NCBI RefSeq assembly: GCF_009914755.1
Contig: NC_060927.1
Source of the DNA: the human T2T-CHM13v2.0 reference genome, Homo sapiens
Strand: one strand, 5' to 3'
DNA: 64,000 bases
Below are positions 31,186 to 45,157 of this stretch, one piece after another. Each line of letters starts with the position of its first letter. The stretch's first letter is position 1. The notes beneath the pieces are model-generated. The model was not told where the DNA came from, did no database searches, and saw nothing but the letters and a program-made list of their open reading frames with translations. Position numbers and translations under genes: made by a program.

Positions 31186-34100
31186 CACTTTACTATGAGA
31201 AAATAGGGTGATATTTTACATAAGTGGGTTTCTACATTTGAAAACTGCTATATTAACTCACATTTCTGAATGTCTTCCATTGTTACTTTTTTCTAACAAC
31301 TTCATCGAGATATAATTTACATATAATACAATTTGCTTATTTTAAGTACATAATTCATTGATTTTAGTAAATTTACCAAATTATATATGATTTTAGTAAA
31401 TTTACCAAGTTGTTTTATACTGTGGTCATGGATGCACATCACATCGTGTGCATTTTCCTCTCTCCAATTTCCATCACTCAAGTAAGATCTCTCCTCCCAT
31501 TGACATTTATTTGATCTATTTGTACTCATTTAACTTTGTGATTTATTAGCCCAAGTAGAAGCTGAGCCAAAGGGCTCAGAAAACTTTGTGGTCATCAAAC
31601 ATAAAATCAAGAAACTTCTGTCACTTTATTTTTTGTTCAAGTATCAGGAGGTTCACACTCTGATATCTTCAATTTTGAAGTCAAGAAATCTCCAAAAGTT
31701 GAAAGGTTTTTAATAACATGTTTGGTGGAAAAACGTGGCCTGAACTGACATGTGGATATGTTTAATATTTATTTGTTCTATTTAATATGAATAATTATTT
31801 GTCTACTATAGAAATGTTAATATTTGATTATGGGGTGCTGGCCCAGACCTCTCTGTGTATGAGTTATAACAAATATTTATCATTTTACCTTTCTAAAATC
31901 CAAATAATCCTGACCTAGGGTAGCATGCCTGGCCCCAAGGGCCTCAGAGATGGCTTTGTGGGCCTGGTTTGGTTTTCTTAGCCAGCGCCTCAGAGTGAAC
32001 AAGCCATCAACTCCTTTGGACTGTTAAAGGGAAACTTAAAAACTTAAAAGCCACTAAAGTTCAAATATATTTTATGAATTAACTTCAGCTACGTGGAATT
32101 GCTGGTATTCAACTGTCTTAACTCACAAAGTGGCGTTTTTGTTGGGTTTGCCATTTCTCTGTGTGTCTTTTTCACAGTGAAAGAAGAGGGTGGGTGGCAG
32201 AGAGGGGAGCATGGAGTATTGTGCTGGAAGCAAGACTCCACTCTGGTCATGTCAGAGCCTTGGAGAGTTGCCAGAGTCCCTGCTGCAGGATGTAGGGTGA
32301 GGAGGGGAAAATACGAGCAAAACATTATGAGCCCCTAGAACCATGCACGGGGTACAGGTGAGCATTGTATAGATACCAGGGAATTTCAGTTTCTACTGTC
32401 AGTTTACTTCTGTGTAAAATGGGTTTAGTCCTTCTTCATTAGCTCTCTGTCTTTTCTTTAAAAAAAAATCCTCAAATCTTTTATCACTTGCATATGTTCA
32501 TACATCTGCTTATTTCTTTGTTATTTTGAAATAAAGTTATAATTAGGGTTGACAAAGGAGAAAGAGTTGAAGCTGAGAGAGTCAAGTGTATGAATAACGT
32601 TCCATAAAAATTCAAACCCTGTGTGTAATTTCAGTTCATTACCTGGGCATTAAAAACGGGAGAGCCAGCTTATCCTTTAAGCTAGCTTCTCATCCTTGGA
32701 AATTTAAAATGCTAAGTTTGGTTCCAGAGGGTGAAAATGTCATTCCTTGAATTCGAGAGGAATGTGTGAGAATTAGAATGGAAAAATAACAAAAGTGAAT
32801 TTCAGGCACATACATTTCATTCATAACCCAGGCCCTTGTTTGACCCAGCCCCCTGGGACTCAGAAGTTCACATGCGTCCTATCATGCCAGTGCTGGTTCC
32901 CTCACTGCCCCATGTTTCAAGTTGGAGCAGTCATCTCTTGAAAGTCTTGGGCAAAGTTTAGAGTCTTGGCCTCAGGATTTTATTTCTGCACCTGGGGGAG
33001 GAAGGCTTTTTCTGAGGACCCTGAAGCCACCAGTGTCGTATTAATCGAAACCAGGGACTTGTGTAAAATGTTCAGGGACCAGAGTCAGGGCAATAGTCTT
33101 ATTTTTCATTATTTGTTCTTGATTTCATTTGGAATAAGCTTCACATATAAGTGCATGTGGTTGACTTTCCCTTAGAGAAGTAAATAAGCCCGCTTGGTCT
33201 TATTACACAGGGTCCTTCAGAAGTCGAGTGACTCAGGTCATTTGGATTTTGTTTTCAAGGCCCCTGGTATGTTATGAATGAACAAATGAGAAAACAGTTG
33301 AAAACTGTGGTATGTTTTAAATATATACATTTCACAAATTGCTGCTTTTTAAGAAAGCATGCCTATATTATATATGTAATTGGTCTCTTCCTAAGCAAAT
33401 TAAGGATACAGTAGAAAGAAATTATAATGCACTGTAGGCTGTGTGGTCCAGGAAAGGGATGCAACTTTAAACAACTTCTCCTTCCAGTGCCATGGTGTCT
33501 TTATGACTGTATCTGTAACCCCTTCAGGAAATAAGGTGGAAGGTTTAAGTTTAAGCCTCCTTTGAATTGGAGGCTTGCTCAATGGCTTTCTGATCCTTGG
33601 AGAGGATCCTGGAGTTGCCTTGAGCTGGGTCTTCTGGGAGCTTCCCAGGGCAGTTCTTATTACTACCTTCATTGCTATGAGCATGTTTTCATCTTAAAGC
33701 CTTCTTTCACCTTGCATTTTCTTCCTGCTGTGGCCCAAATCGGTTTCTCAATATAGGAATCTGGATGTTTTATCCCAAACTTCCATCCCTCCCACTTTCA
33801 CAGCTCTCTGCACTTTGGCCCCTGCTCCTTCCTGTGCTCTGAAGTGGTTCTTACACAGGTACCCTGTGGATCACCCAGTCGTGTTTGATGAGAGAACAAA
33901 AACCCTTTAGGTTTTATTTTTTAAGGAATATCTTTAGGCGTTTCAAGTAGGCAGGGGTTTAATAAAGGGAATTAAAGGCTTATTTGATAGTTAGAAAAAC
34001 TGAGGGAGTGAGGGTCAGGGAAACTGCTGTCTGAGTTGACAAATCTAGGAAGTGCTGCGGTTGCAGGAAGCCACCACCAACGATCTCCGGTGTCTGCAGC

Positions 34101-37100
34101 ACGAGTGGGTAATTCGTGGGAGTGTGTCTGAATGACCAAAGATACCTGCCATCTGCACATGCCCACATACATGCCCATCACTTCAGCTGGAGAATATTGG
34201 TTTCTTCTCTTTCAGTTTGCAGACCTCTCAAGAATCTGACCTGGAGCCCTGCTCAGGGCGAGGGAGTCAAGAGCATGTGGTGGTAGGCCTCCAGCCCTAC
34301 CGTAGAAGACACAGCTTAGATGGTGCTGAGAGTCAGCAGGCATTCTCCAACACACACTCTTAGTCACAAGATTGAATGGACTTCACTTTTAAAAACATTC
34401 TGTGCTTGTATTGCCTGGTCTTACTATGAGATTTTATCATACCTGCTAGCCCTTCTTTCGTTCAGTGTTCCTCCTGAGCTCAGCTCCTTCTCTGGTTGTT
34501 GCTGGACACCCCCTGGAGGCAGTACCAGGTAGTGAGTAAGGGCACCAAGCTATAGGTTGGTGAAAAAGTAATTACCTTTGCACCCACCTAATAGTTCCAT
34601 CACTCTGCCTTTTCCCTTATTCTCTGTATCCTGTTGGCCTCCAAGTCCTGTATATTCCTCTTCCTAAATAACTTTCAGATGTTTTGTCTTCAATCTTTCT
34701 CGTTATTGTCTTGGATCACCTTTTGCTCATTTGAGAACATCTAGATAACATCAATAATCAATAATATTTGGTCTCCAGCCTCCTTTCTCACTAGCTCCCT
34801 GCCCCCGACACAGGCTCCCCTCCACATAATCTTCATATGCCAAGCCACTCATGATTGCCTGAACATGTCATGCCTTCTTTTGCCACTGTACTTGCAGTTC
34901 CCTCATCCTGGAAGGCCCTTCCTTTGTTTTCTGGGCTGGCTCTTGTCTTTCAGGTCTCAGTGTAGATGAGAAGGCTTCTTGTACCATACGTGAGGAGCCT
35001 CCTTGTACCCCGTAAGCCTGGTCTAGTTGCTCCCTTGGTGGTATGTAGGATTCCTTGCTTAGCTCCTGTTAGAGCCTTTATCATGTTGTGTTGCAGTTGT
35101 CTACTGGTTTCTTTCCCATCCTGGACTCTAATGTCCTTGAAGACAACAGCTGTGTCTTATAAACCTTATATTCCCAGATGAACACAGTGCCTGGCACCCA
35201 GTAGGGTGAGTAATAGATATTTTTTAATTTGTCCAACTGCATTTTGAGCACTAGCCATATTCTCAGTGCTGCTTTGAGCACAAAGTGCTCAGTCCTTTGT
35301 TAGGGGGTGGGGTGGGGGTGACATCCTTGAGGAGGAGTCATTTGAGCTGCAGAGTGACCAATGAGGGGCAGTCAAACATACAAGGATCTGGGACAAGAAT
35401 ATCCTTGGTCAAGAGAACAGCAGGATGACAGAGACAAGTTGGTAGTGGTCTGGGGCCAGAAAGATGGCTGGGGGTCAGGATCTGAGGGTACTGGGCCAGA
35501 TCAAAGGACCTTTTGGGTCATAGTCATGATTAGTGGGAAGTCACTGGTGGGTTTCAAACAGGGAGTGCTGCCATCAGAATTGTTCTTAAAAGGCTTTTTC
35601 TGGCAACCATGTGAGATTGCCAGAAAAAGAATGGGATCCAGGGCACTGAGTGCCAACTGGACACTTGTTAGGATGCTGAGGGTTTCCAGAGAAGAGATGG
35701 CCGTGGCTTTGCTAGGGATATAACAGGGGAGAGGGTGACAAAAGTAGTGAAACATGGGGTGTATTTTGGAGGGAGAGCCCACAGGAATTGCTCATGGATT
35801 AAGGTATTTGTGGAATAAATGTCATTAAAGCAAGTGGTCTCTCTGCCTCAGTCTCTGTTCCAGGTTTATCCTTTTTAATTTTTTTCAGCACTGCCACCAG
35901 ATTACTTTTAAAGGTGAATTAAAGTTCAGGTCTGATCACGTGGGTCTTATGGCCCATGAGACCTCCCGCTGCACACAGGCCACAGTACTCCTTAGCCTAG
36001 CTCAACACCCTTGCCTATCTGAGTCCCACTTGCCTGCCCTTTTGCACTCTTCCCCCTTCCCATTCCACACCTGCAGCTCTGCAGACAGGAGAGACTAGGC
36101 AGAGGGAGGCTCCCACCCTGGAGCCTTTGCTGCTCCTTCGCCGTCACCTCTCTCAGTCACCTGGCTAACTTCCACTCCTTTAACCCCAGCTTACTGTTGC
36201 ATCATTTATGAGCATTCCTGCACTGGTGCTCTATGCCCTTCGCTTTCATAGTGCTATAACCTCTCTTCCCTTTGGTTTCCCTTTGGTGTAAAGTTAGGAT
36301 GGTATCTGTGCTTTGTTTTATAGAGCAGTTGTGAGGATTTGCTGGATTCAATGACTAAAGCACTTAGGACAGCTTGGCACATAGGTCAGGCAGTGTGAAG
36401 CTCAATAATTGCTGTTATCATCTTGTGTGGCCCTCCTATTGTAGCCCACGCCACATTATCTAGTTATTTGCCTCCTCTCCCAACTGAACTGTGTGAGAGT
36501 GCCGTTATCTTCATTGCGTCAGCCCTTAGTGTAATTCTTCCCACATAATTAATCATCATCATCAGCAGCAGCAGCAAGATAACATTAGTGGACATTTACT
36601 CAATGCCAAGAACATTGGCTCAGAGAGGTATTATAAAGTTGCTGGAGGCAGGATTTGAATTCAGGTTGTTGGACCTCGGGGCTGTTCCCTGGACCAACAC
36701 GATATATTCCTTCCCAAACTGAAGTTGCCTGGTAAACATTTGGTTGGATAGTTGGAAGGAAAGAACAACAAGGGAATTGGAACAGATTTTTCTCTGCATC
36801 AAATTTATATAAAAATCCATCTTGAGAAGGTAAAGTCTGAAAGGACATGGAAATTGTTAGTGTTATTTCATTTTCGAGGAGAAAGAAAAATTTTCTTCCC
36901 TGGCCATAGTTGGGGCCTGGGGGCAAGGAGCTGCCTGCCACACTCACCATCCTGTCCAGTGTCTCACAGGTGCCATCTGTCACAGGAGCTTGCTTTGGCA
37001 AACAGCTTAATTTCTGTGTTTGTGCCATTCTGAGGACATCAGTCAAACCCTTCCATAAAGGCCTTTGCCTCATTCCGTTTTCAGCCTCACTGATCACAGA

Positions 37101-38019
37101 TTTTACCTCTGGAACTGAAAGAGTGGTGGATTCTGAAAACCCGCCCTTAAGGAGCAGATGCACAGCCTTGTGTTTTTGAACACAAGATTTGGAGTCCTTT
37201 TCTTGGCAGCAGAATTAACTTTCACATAACCTCCATGTAACTGTGAACTTGGGGAGTTGTTCCAAGTTCTCCCTATATGAGAGCCAACCGTGGGAGGCAG
37301 TGATTCTGGGAAGTTTCCTTGTTTCAATCAAGCTGTTTTATGCTGGAAAATCTTGTCTCTTCCTCTACCCTGTCTTAATAATATTTTACACTTGTGTGGA
37401 ATCCTTTGGGAAATTTTTGTATGTATATTCTCACCAGATTCACACACTGAGGTACAGACTAAAGGTTTTATTATTTGTGTTCATCAGATTAGAAAACCAG
37501 GACTCAGAGAAGTTAAGACTTGCCCAGAGTCAGTGAGTAGGAAGACCTGGATTCAAACTCTTGTCTTTGATTTCTGAGACCTGTTCTGACTCTACTGTAA
37601 CAAAATGTACCCCAAACTTCTTGAGGCCTAAGACTCAGTTATCTATTTATTGGGGTTCAGTTTTTGGTGATGTTCTTGTTACCTAATAGGTTCTCAACAA
37701 GTACTTGCTAAACTAAACAGAAGTGACAGAAAAGTGATACAACCAGGAATGGAAACTCTCTGCAGGACAGACTTCCTTACCAGTACCAACACCTTGTTAT
37801 GTTGACTGTGACTTATCTGGGGCAGATGTCCCTGTCTTCCTTGGCTAGTTGGGCAATACCTTCAATACTCTGCCATGGTGAGTTCTAGTCAACACCTTCT
37901 GAGTAAGCCCTGGAAACGTATAATTAAGGGCTGGAACAGAATTTTATTCACCACAATCAGAGGCCTTGGTGATAGGAAATTTCCTTTCATTTTGGAGAAC
38001 AAATGGTCATCCTTCAGGT

Positions 38020-38352
38020 CAGCGGTCCCCAACCTTTTTGGCATCAGGGATCGGTTTCATGAAAGACAGTTTTTGCATGGGGGAGTGAGGGATAGCTTTG
38101 GGATGAGGCTGTTCCACCTCAGATAATCAGGCATTAGTTAGATTCTCTTAAGGAGCGTGCAGCCTGGATCCCTTGCATGCGCAGTTCACAATAGAGTTCA
38201 TGCTCCTATGAGAATCTAATGCTGATGATCTCACAGGAGGCTGAGCTCAGGCAGTGATGCTCGCAGGCCCTCCACTCACCTCCTGCTGTGCAGCCCAGTT
38301 CCTAACAGGCCACCGACCAGTACTGGTCCATGCTGGGGGTTGGGGACTCATG
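38020..38352 (-). mobile_element. MER1B hAT-Charlie MITE
   Basis: TIRs cagcggtccccaacc / ggttggggactcatg; degenerate 8-bp TSD cttcaggt/cctcagat. Confidence 0.85.
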
Positions 38353-40319
38353 CCTCAGATGATGTAATGTCATAGTCCCCATTCATTGTGGACTATCCCC
38401 TTGGGAAGTTAAAGATAGTTCCATTGCCCACAAAAGAAATAGTGCAGTTACCTCAGAACTGAAGGGTCCTGCGGGGACTTTTTAAGTTTCATGGTTAAAT
38501 AGCCTTGATTTTGATAATCAACTCTAAAACATTCCCAGGAGAGCTATGTAAGCAGAAGAACATCATTTAAAATACTTGGTCATTTGGAAAAATTACTTGG
38601 GCTCAAATCGAAGGTTGTCTCTTCTTCATACCTCTCCCTGAGCTGCCTTGGTCCTTGGGCAGCCCTTTGAACAAAGTTTGGCTGTTTCCATCTTCAGCAG
38701 CTTTGCAAATGTTGCACTTTGGCAAATGCAGGCTTAGATGTAGAATGCGATGGCTTTGGTTTGCAAATTGGCCATTCACACTGATAACGGGTATTAATTT
38801 AATCAGCCTCAAATTGATAACAGGTATCTCTTGTGGAAACAAAGATAATTTGTTATTGATTGTGATCATGTCTTCTGATGTAAACTCTAGGCTTATTTTG
38901 TCTTGTAAAAGGCCAGTGTAGCCTTATACAATCTGAAGGAGATAGGAAAGGGGAGGAGTGAAGGAAGGGAAGAAAGCTCCCCACATACATGCACGATGTG
39001 TTTTCTCTATTGTTCTGTTACCTGCTTTCTCTAGAAACTTTATAGATTAGCTTTTATAATCCACTTTGAAATGTTTGCCATTTTTAAAGCAGAAGCAATT
39101 TTTGCAGCTTTCAGGCAGAAGGTCATTTTATACAAAATGTTCATTCATGTGCAACAAAGCTTATTTCTTCTACAGGAACAAAGAAATAATGAAGGCTCCT
39201 TAAAAGCTGTGTTTCTCCAAAGAAATGATCACCTTGATAGTTGGTGATTTATATGTGCCATTTCTATTGGAATCGAAAAGTAAAAAACATTTGTATCAAT
39301 AAGGATTACTGAATATTATTAAGGTTTCAGCTATGACTCTAACTGCAGTTGCAGCATTGCAGGGTGGCAGGGAAAGGTGTGTTGGCTTTCTTCTTGTCTA
39401 ATTGTGTCCATTTCTGCAGGTTATTCATTTCGCCTTGGTTTATTATCTGATGGTCATCCAGTCATTGTTGTGGCCTCTGTGTAGGTCCCAGAGCACTAGC
39501 TGTTTCCAGAATATTTCTCTTAATTGCTGTTTCCAGAACATTTTCTTACCTCCAAAACTTTGTGTGAAATGTTCCTGTTGGCTGGAACGTTCTTTCAGCA
39601 CTTCTCTTTCTCCTGCATCCTTCCTGTTCTCCTTCAGAGCTCAGCTTAAATGTCATGTCTTCTGGGAAGCTTCCTTGGCTTCCTGACAGCATTCTTTGTC
39701 ACTTGTCCCTTCTCATTGAAATAGCTATTTTCCTTGTGTGTCCCTCACTATTCTGTAAACCATCTTACGTTTTTTTCATGGATCACTGGTGGTACCTCTC
39801 CGATACTTTGGGAAATACTCGTCTAATTGCTCTAGCTACAAAGCAGCAAAGATTAATCTACACTGTTAACGGAGTGATAAACAACTCTATCCCAAGGACA
39901 GAGGGGAAGGAATCTCAACACCAGAAGGAATGAAAATGTAAATCTGAACAACTTACTTTATTTCTCCAATGTAACAGTTCTTAAATGGATGATTTCTGAC
40001 CCTTGGTACAAGACAAGAGTTTGAAATAAGTACGGGAAACAAATCAATCTCATTTTGCCTGGGTTCCTGGAAACATCTTTTGATGTGCTCAGTGCCCTTA
40101 ATGAGGGTAGAGATTTTTCATTTTAATCCGTGATGGATTGAGTTTGAAATTTGTGACTGCAGAGAGGACTTAGATCTCCTCTGTCTTCACTTCTGTAGAC
40201 TGTCAGCATGTCAAGTTCAAGCCCTGCTGTGTAACACGCTGCTAGGATCGCATTAGTCCCAGGTACACACTGATGGACAAATGGTGTAACTCCAACTCTT
40301 GCCCTTAAAACAAAAGCCA

Positions 40320-40606
40320 GCCGGGTGCGGTGGCTCACATCTGTGATCCCAGCACTTTGGGAGGCCGAGGCAGGCGGATCACGAGGTCAGGAGATGGAGA
40401 CCATCCTGGCTAACACAGTGAAATCCTGTCTCTACTAAAAATACAAAAAATTAGCCAGGCATGGTAGCGGGCACCTGTAGTCCCAGCCACTCGGGAGGCC
40501 GAGGCAGGAGAATGGTGTGAACCCGGGAGGGGAGCTTGCAGTGAGCCGAGATCACCTGGGCAATAGAGTGAGACTCCGTCTCAAAAACAAAAAACAAAAA
40601 AACAAA
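40320..40606 (+). mobile_element. AluY with ~17-bp right-arm deletion
   Basis: GGCTAACAC, GAATGG.GTGAACCCGGGAGG and GAGCTTGCAG diagnostics; TSD aaaacaaaagcca (40307-40319, 40607-40619). Confidence 0.9.
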
Positions 40607-42362
40607 AAAACAAAAGCCACTGAATCTAGGGTAACAGTTCAACCATGCCGCTCTGGGTATGGTTGTGATAGTAATTACTACTATTTCTTAATTCCTCTGT
40701 TTGGCCATTTTTCTACACATTGAACTCTTGTTGATTCAAAGGAAAAGTCATGTGATCTCTAACTCTGGTATTAATGACAATTCAATAACTAACTCCAAGT
40801 TAACCCTTCGTGTAGCCCAAATCCATGTTCATGATTATGGATTTGAGTTCCCCCCATTTGAGCTTAAACCTTATTTGAGAAAGAATTATGTATTCATTCC
40901 AGAAAAAAAGGCAATAAAAAGCCTGGTATGAGTATTAAATGTGTTGTTGCAAAACATTACATGAAAACCACTAAATATATTAAGTGCTTTGAAATCTTTA
41001 TTAAATTCCAACACCCCATTTTAACAGTATTTTACAACCCAAAGGTTTTTAGCTTTAGCATAAGAAATAAAAATAACTTTTTACATTGCTCTTCCTTATG
41101 GTTTTTATATTTCTGTTTTGTTTTGAGGATTTTCATCCATAATTGTCCCTACCGCCCATTTTAGGGATTTTTATTTGAAATTTTCTTTATTTGTACACAA
41201 TTTGTTCATTGTGATAAAATCAGGAGTCCAGCAATTAAGTTACGTTGGTAGTGTAGTAACATTTTCCATTACCTTCCCGCCTCTCACCGCACAATTCTTT
41301 CTCTCTTTTCTCCCCTTGTTAAGCCAAAATGGCCAGGAACAAAAACATAAAATACATGAAGACAAAAAAATCATTTTCTTTTTCTGATCCAATTTTTACT
41401 TAGACGTGGTGTCCGGTTTTCCGCTTCTGGCCCATGACGGAAAGTTTGACCTCTACCATGTCTTTAACGCTAGTCCTGATTTAAGTGTCGCGGGGAGGAA
41501 ACGGGACACTGTGCATTCTGTAATGTTGTGCGGATATACATAGGGTCATTGTAACAAGAAATAAGATGTGATTTTAAATGAAATGCTTTAATATCCCCGC
41601 TATTCCCCTTGGCAGCTTCGCCTTCACCAAAGCTGTAAATACTATCCATGGTCTATGGCTTCTAGCATTGTCTATTTATACAAATGGCTCTTGTTTGTAT
41701 TTATTTCACTAAAAGGGATGAGTTATATAGAAATATAAAAAGCCAGTGAAATGTGCATCAACTCATGAATTACAACCTTTTAGCTTATAGGTGCTTTTTT
41801 CCAAGTCGAGCATGTGTATTCCAGTATATTGTTATCATTTTTATTGAGTAAGGAAAAGCTTTGGCATTAAACAAGGGATAAAAGATTTGTGGACAAAACT
41901 GCTGTTTTCTCTTACCTCACAGCTCAGTTCCATAGGCTGGAGTCTTCAAAGCCATTTTTGTTTCCAGTGTTCACGTTTAATTAAAAACCACATTCACAAT
42001 TCTATAATCCCATCTGTTGACCTAAAAAAGGAATTCATATAAAAGAAAATTAACATTATTATTAAAAGTACACTGCCTTTATAATAGGTATAATAGAGTA
42101 ACAGTTTTCCCCAGGCTCAGTGGCAGTTTCTTATATAATAACTAAAATATTAGCAAATTTAATGGATTTTTCTTACCTGCAGATTTGTTTTAAAAACGTA
42201 TTTCATTGGACTTAGATGATTATAATGACATTTGCTAAGAAAAGAGATGTCAATAATAGGCTGTTACTTTCTATTGGCAAGCATCAGAATTTGAAGTTCT
42301 ATGGTCTTGACTTTGTTAGATGATGAATCAGTGTATTTTAATTTTATTAACTGGAGAAACTT

Positions 42363-42702
<340 letters not shown>

Positions 42703-42707
42703 TCAGC

Positions 42708-42998
<291 letters not shown>

Positions 42999-43473
42999 TG
43001 TTTTAGGTAAATCTATGGGAGATGGTTTTCTTCTTAAATAACATTTCTTTTAATTTGTTTACCTTTATAAGAGTACTTTCAGAGGAAAGATTACTGTCCT
43101 TTGTTCTTTCCACAAGACACATATTTCTTGATGATGTGCCATTTTTCATGACTGTCGTACACAGCAGCTGAGCCTGTTTTGGGAGGGCATCTTCTGAGTT
43201 CTCTCAGAAAATGTAGGCCTGTCTCCTATTGGCATCAGAGGGCAGGTTGGGACAACCCGGTGGGTGCTGCATGCAGGGCGTATCCATTCAAAGAGCTCCC
43301 TTCTGGGATACCTATTTGCTTCATAAGAAACAACCATTACTTGTAGCTGCTGGTTGATTGTCATTTCTTGAATCATGTTTCCTAAAGCTTTCTAGTGAGA
43401 ATGATGGAAAAAATATCTTCATGGATGGAGAAGGAAATATGTGGGGTAAATTAAGTTTAAAAAAAGACATGCA

Positions 43474-43572
43474 GTGCTTGCTTCGGCAGCACATGTACTA
43501 AAATGAGAGCAATCCAGAGATTAGCAAGGATGACACGCAAATTCGCGGAGTTCCCTATTAGAAAAAAAAAAG
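43474..43572 (+). pseudogene. U6 snRNA retropseudogene (RNU6-type) with internal deletions and A tail
   Basis: gtgcttgcttcggcagcacatgtactaaaat...ttagcaaggatgacacgcaaattcg..ttcc-tatt followed by poly(A). Preceded by a TT/AAAA L1 endonuclease site. No PSE/TATA promoter recognised. Confidence 0.92.
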
Positions 43573-43822
43573 GCAGGAGGCAAATTTAACTTGAACGTGA
43601 ACATAAAAACTTGCTAGCAGGTCAAATTCTCATGTATTTACTTCACTCAGCACAGAATGCAGTGTTCTGGCTGCTCTTAGTAGTTAATACAATATTATCA
43701 GATGCTTTCCAGTGTTTACCTTCTTGTGTTGTTACCTACTTTGTATTGCAGTGTTTATGGTTGAAATATACTTTATGTTTTGTTATATAGGAATATGTTA
43801 CATAGTTTGCATGACTGTACAG

Positions 43823-43875
43823 TATACATATATATACATATACATACACACATATGTAAATAAAATATATATGAA
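43823..43875. repeat. (TA)/(TACA)n simple repeat
   Basis: tatacatatatatacatatacatacacacatatg. Confidence 0.8.
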
Positions 43876-44567
43876 ATACATTTCATGGATACTGTTTCAT
43901 GGTGATTTCAACTTGCCTATTATTTTCATCCTGTTCTCTTTTTTGTTGGTCCTACATGACTTTATTATTATTTTTTCCTTTCCAATTCTTTACTTTTTTT
44001 CAGTATTATCTGTCTTGGTAATTGTGTAGTTTTACTTTATCTTTTGATCATTTAAACATTTTATCAACTTTTTTTCTCTAGATTCTCAGTGCGTAGACAC
44101 CATCAAAAATCCATTTTTTATGTGTTGCAGTAAATAAATGCTCAAATGCATGACTTGTTTTGATAATGTAAGTATTCAGACATGCATAATATTTAATACA
44201 CATTCTGTAAAGCTCAATATGTAACTGATTTCATGATACATGCACAGAAATTCTAAATCTGTTACAAAGATTAAGAGAATATGCTCTCAGAAACACATAG
44301 TTTTCTTTCTTTTTATATATCACTGCCTGTCACTCATCTGTCAGGATCCACAGTGTGTTTGCAGATTGTACCACATGATCCCAGAAGGCTTTCAAGCTTC
44401 ATTGACTAGGATGATTTTAGGAAGAGAGTGACCCAATGAACGCTTGGGGCCCACTTACCTGATCTTTGTAGATTGTTCCTCTTCTTACTTTTCTGTTTCT
44501 CATCCCCTCCATCTTATGTCTTTTTTTTCTGTAAAGAATTTTATGTCTTAAAGTGACAGTATTTTAG

Positions 44568-44883
<316 letters not shown>

Positions 44884-44986
44884 TAGGTACATGGATTTTA
44901 CAAAGTTAAATAAGAGTTGAGAAACCTTGGAGGTTTAATCAAGCATCAGGAGTGAGGTGAGGAATGGGATGAATGGTATTTTTAGC

Positions 44987-45157
44987 CAGTGGTTCTCAAA
45001 CTTTAGTGGCATCAGAATTACCTGCAGGGCTTGTTAGACCAGATTGCTGGTCCTCACCTCCAGAACTTTTGATTCGGTGGGACTGGGATGGGCATTTCTA
45101 CAATTTCCCAGGTGAAACTGATCCTGCCAGTGTGGGTCTGCACTTTGGGAAGCACTG
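44987..45157 (+). mobile_element. MER5A hAT MITE
   Basis: TIRs cagtggttctcaaa / tttgggaagcactg. Confidence 0.85.

Noticed and set aside
36600-37163. 187-aa minus-strand ORF
   Set aside because: No recognisable domain, runs into a MIR-like relic, no supporting splice structure; consistent with chance.
40701-41387. Three consecutive plus-strand ORFs with an ATGA overlap, resembling an operon
   Set aside because: Short, two start at TTG, no ribosome-binding sites, low-complexity F/I/K composition; expected by chance in AT-rich DNA.
41340-41520. Exon-like pattern seen when reading the un-reversed complement of the CpG patch
   Set aside because: Not a biologically readable orientation, no recognisable protein, and GpC is not depleted as a reversed vertebrate sequence would require.
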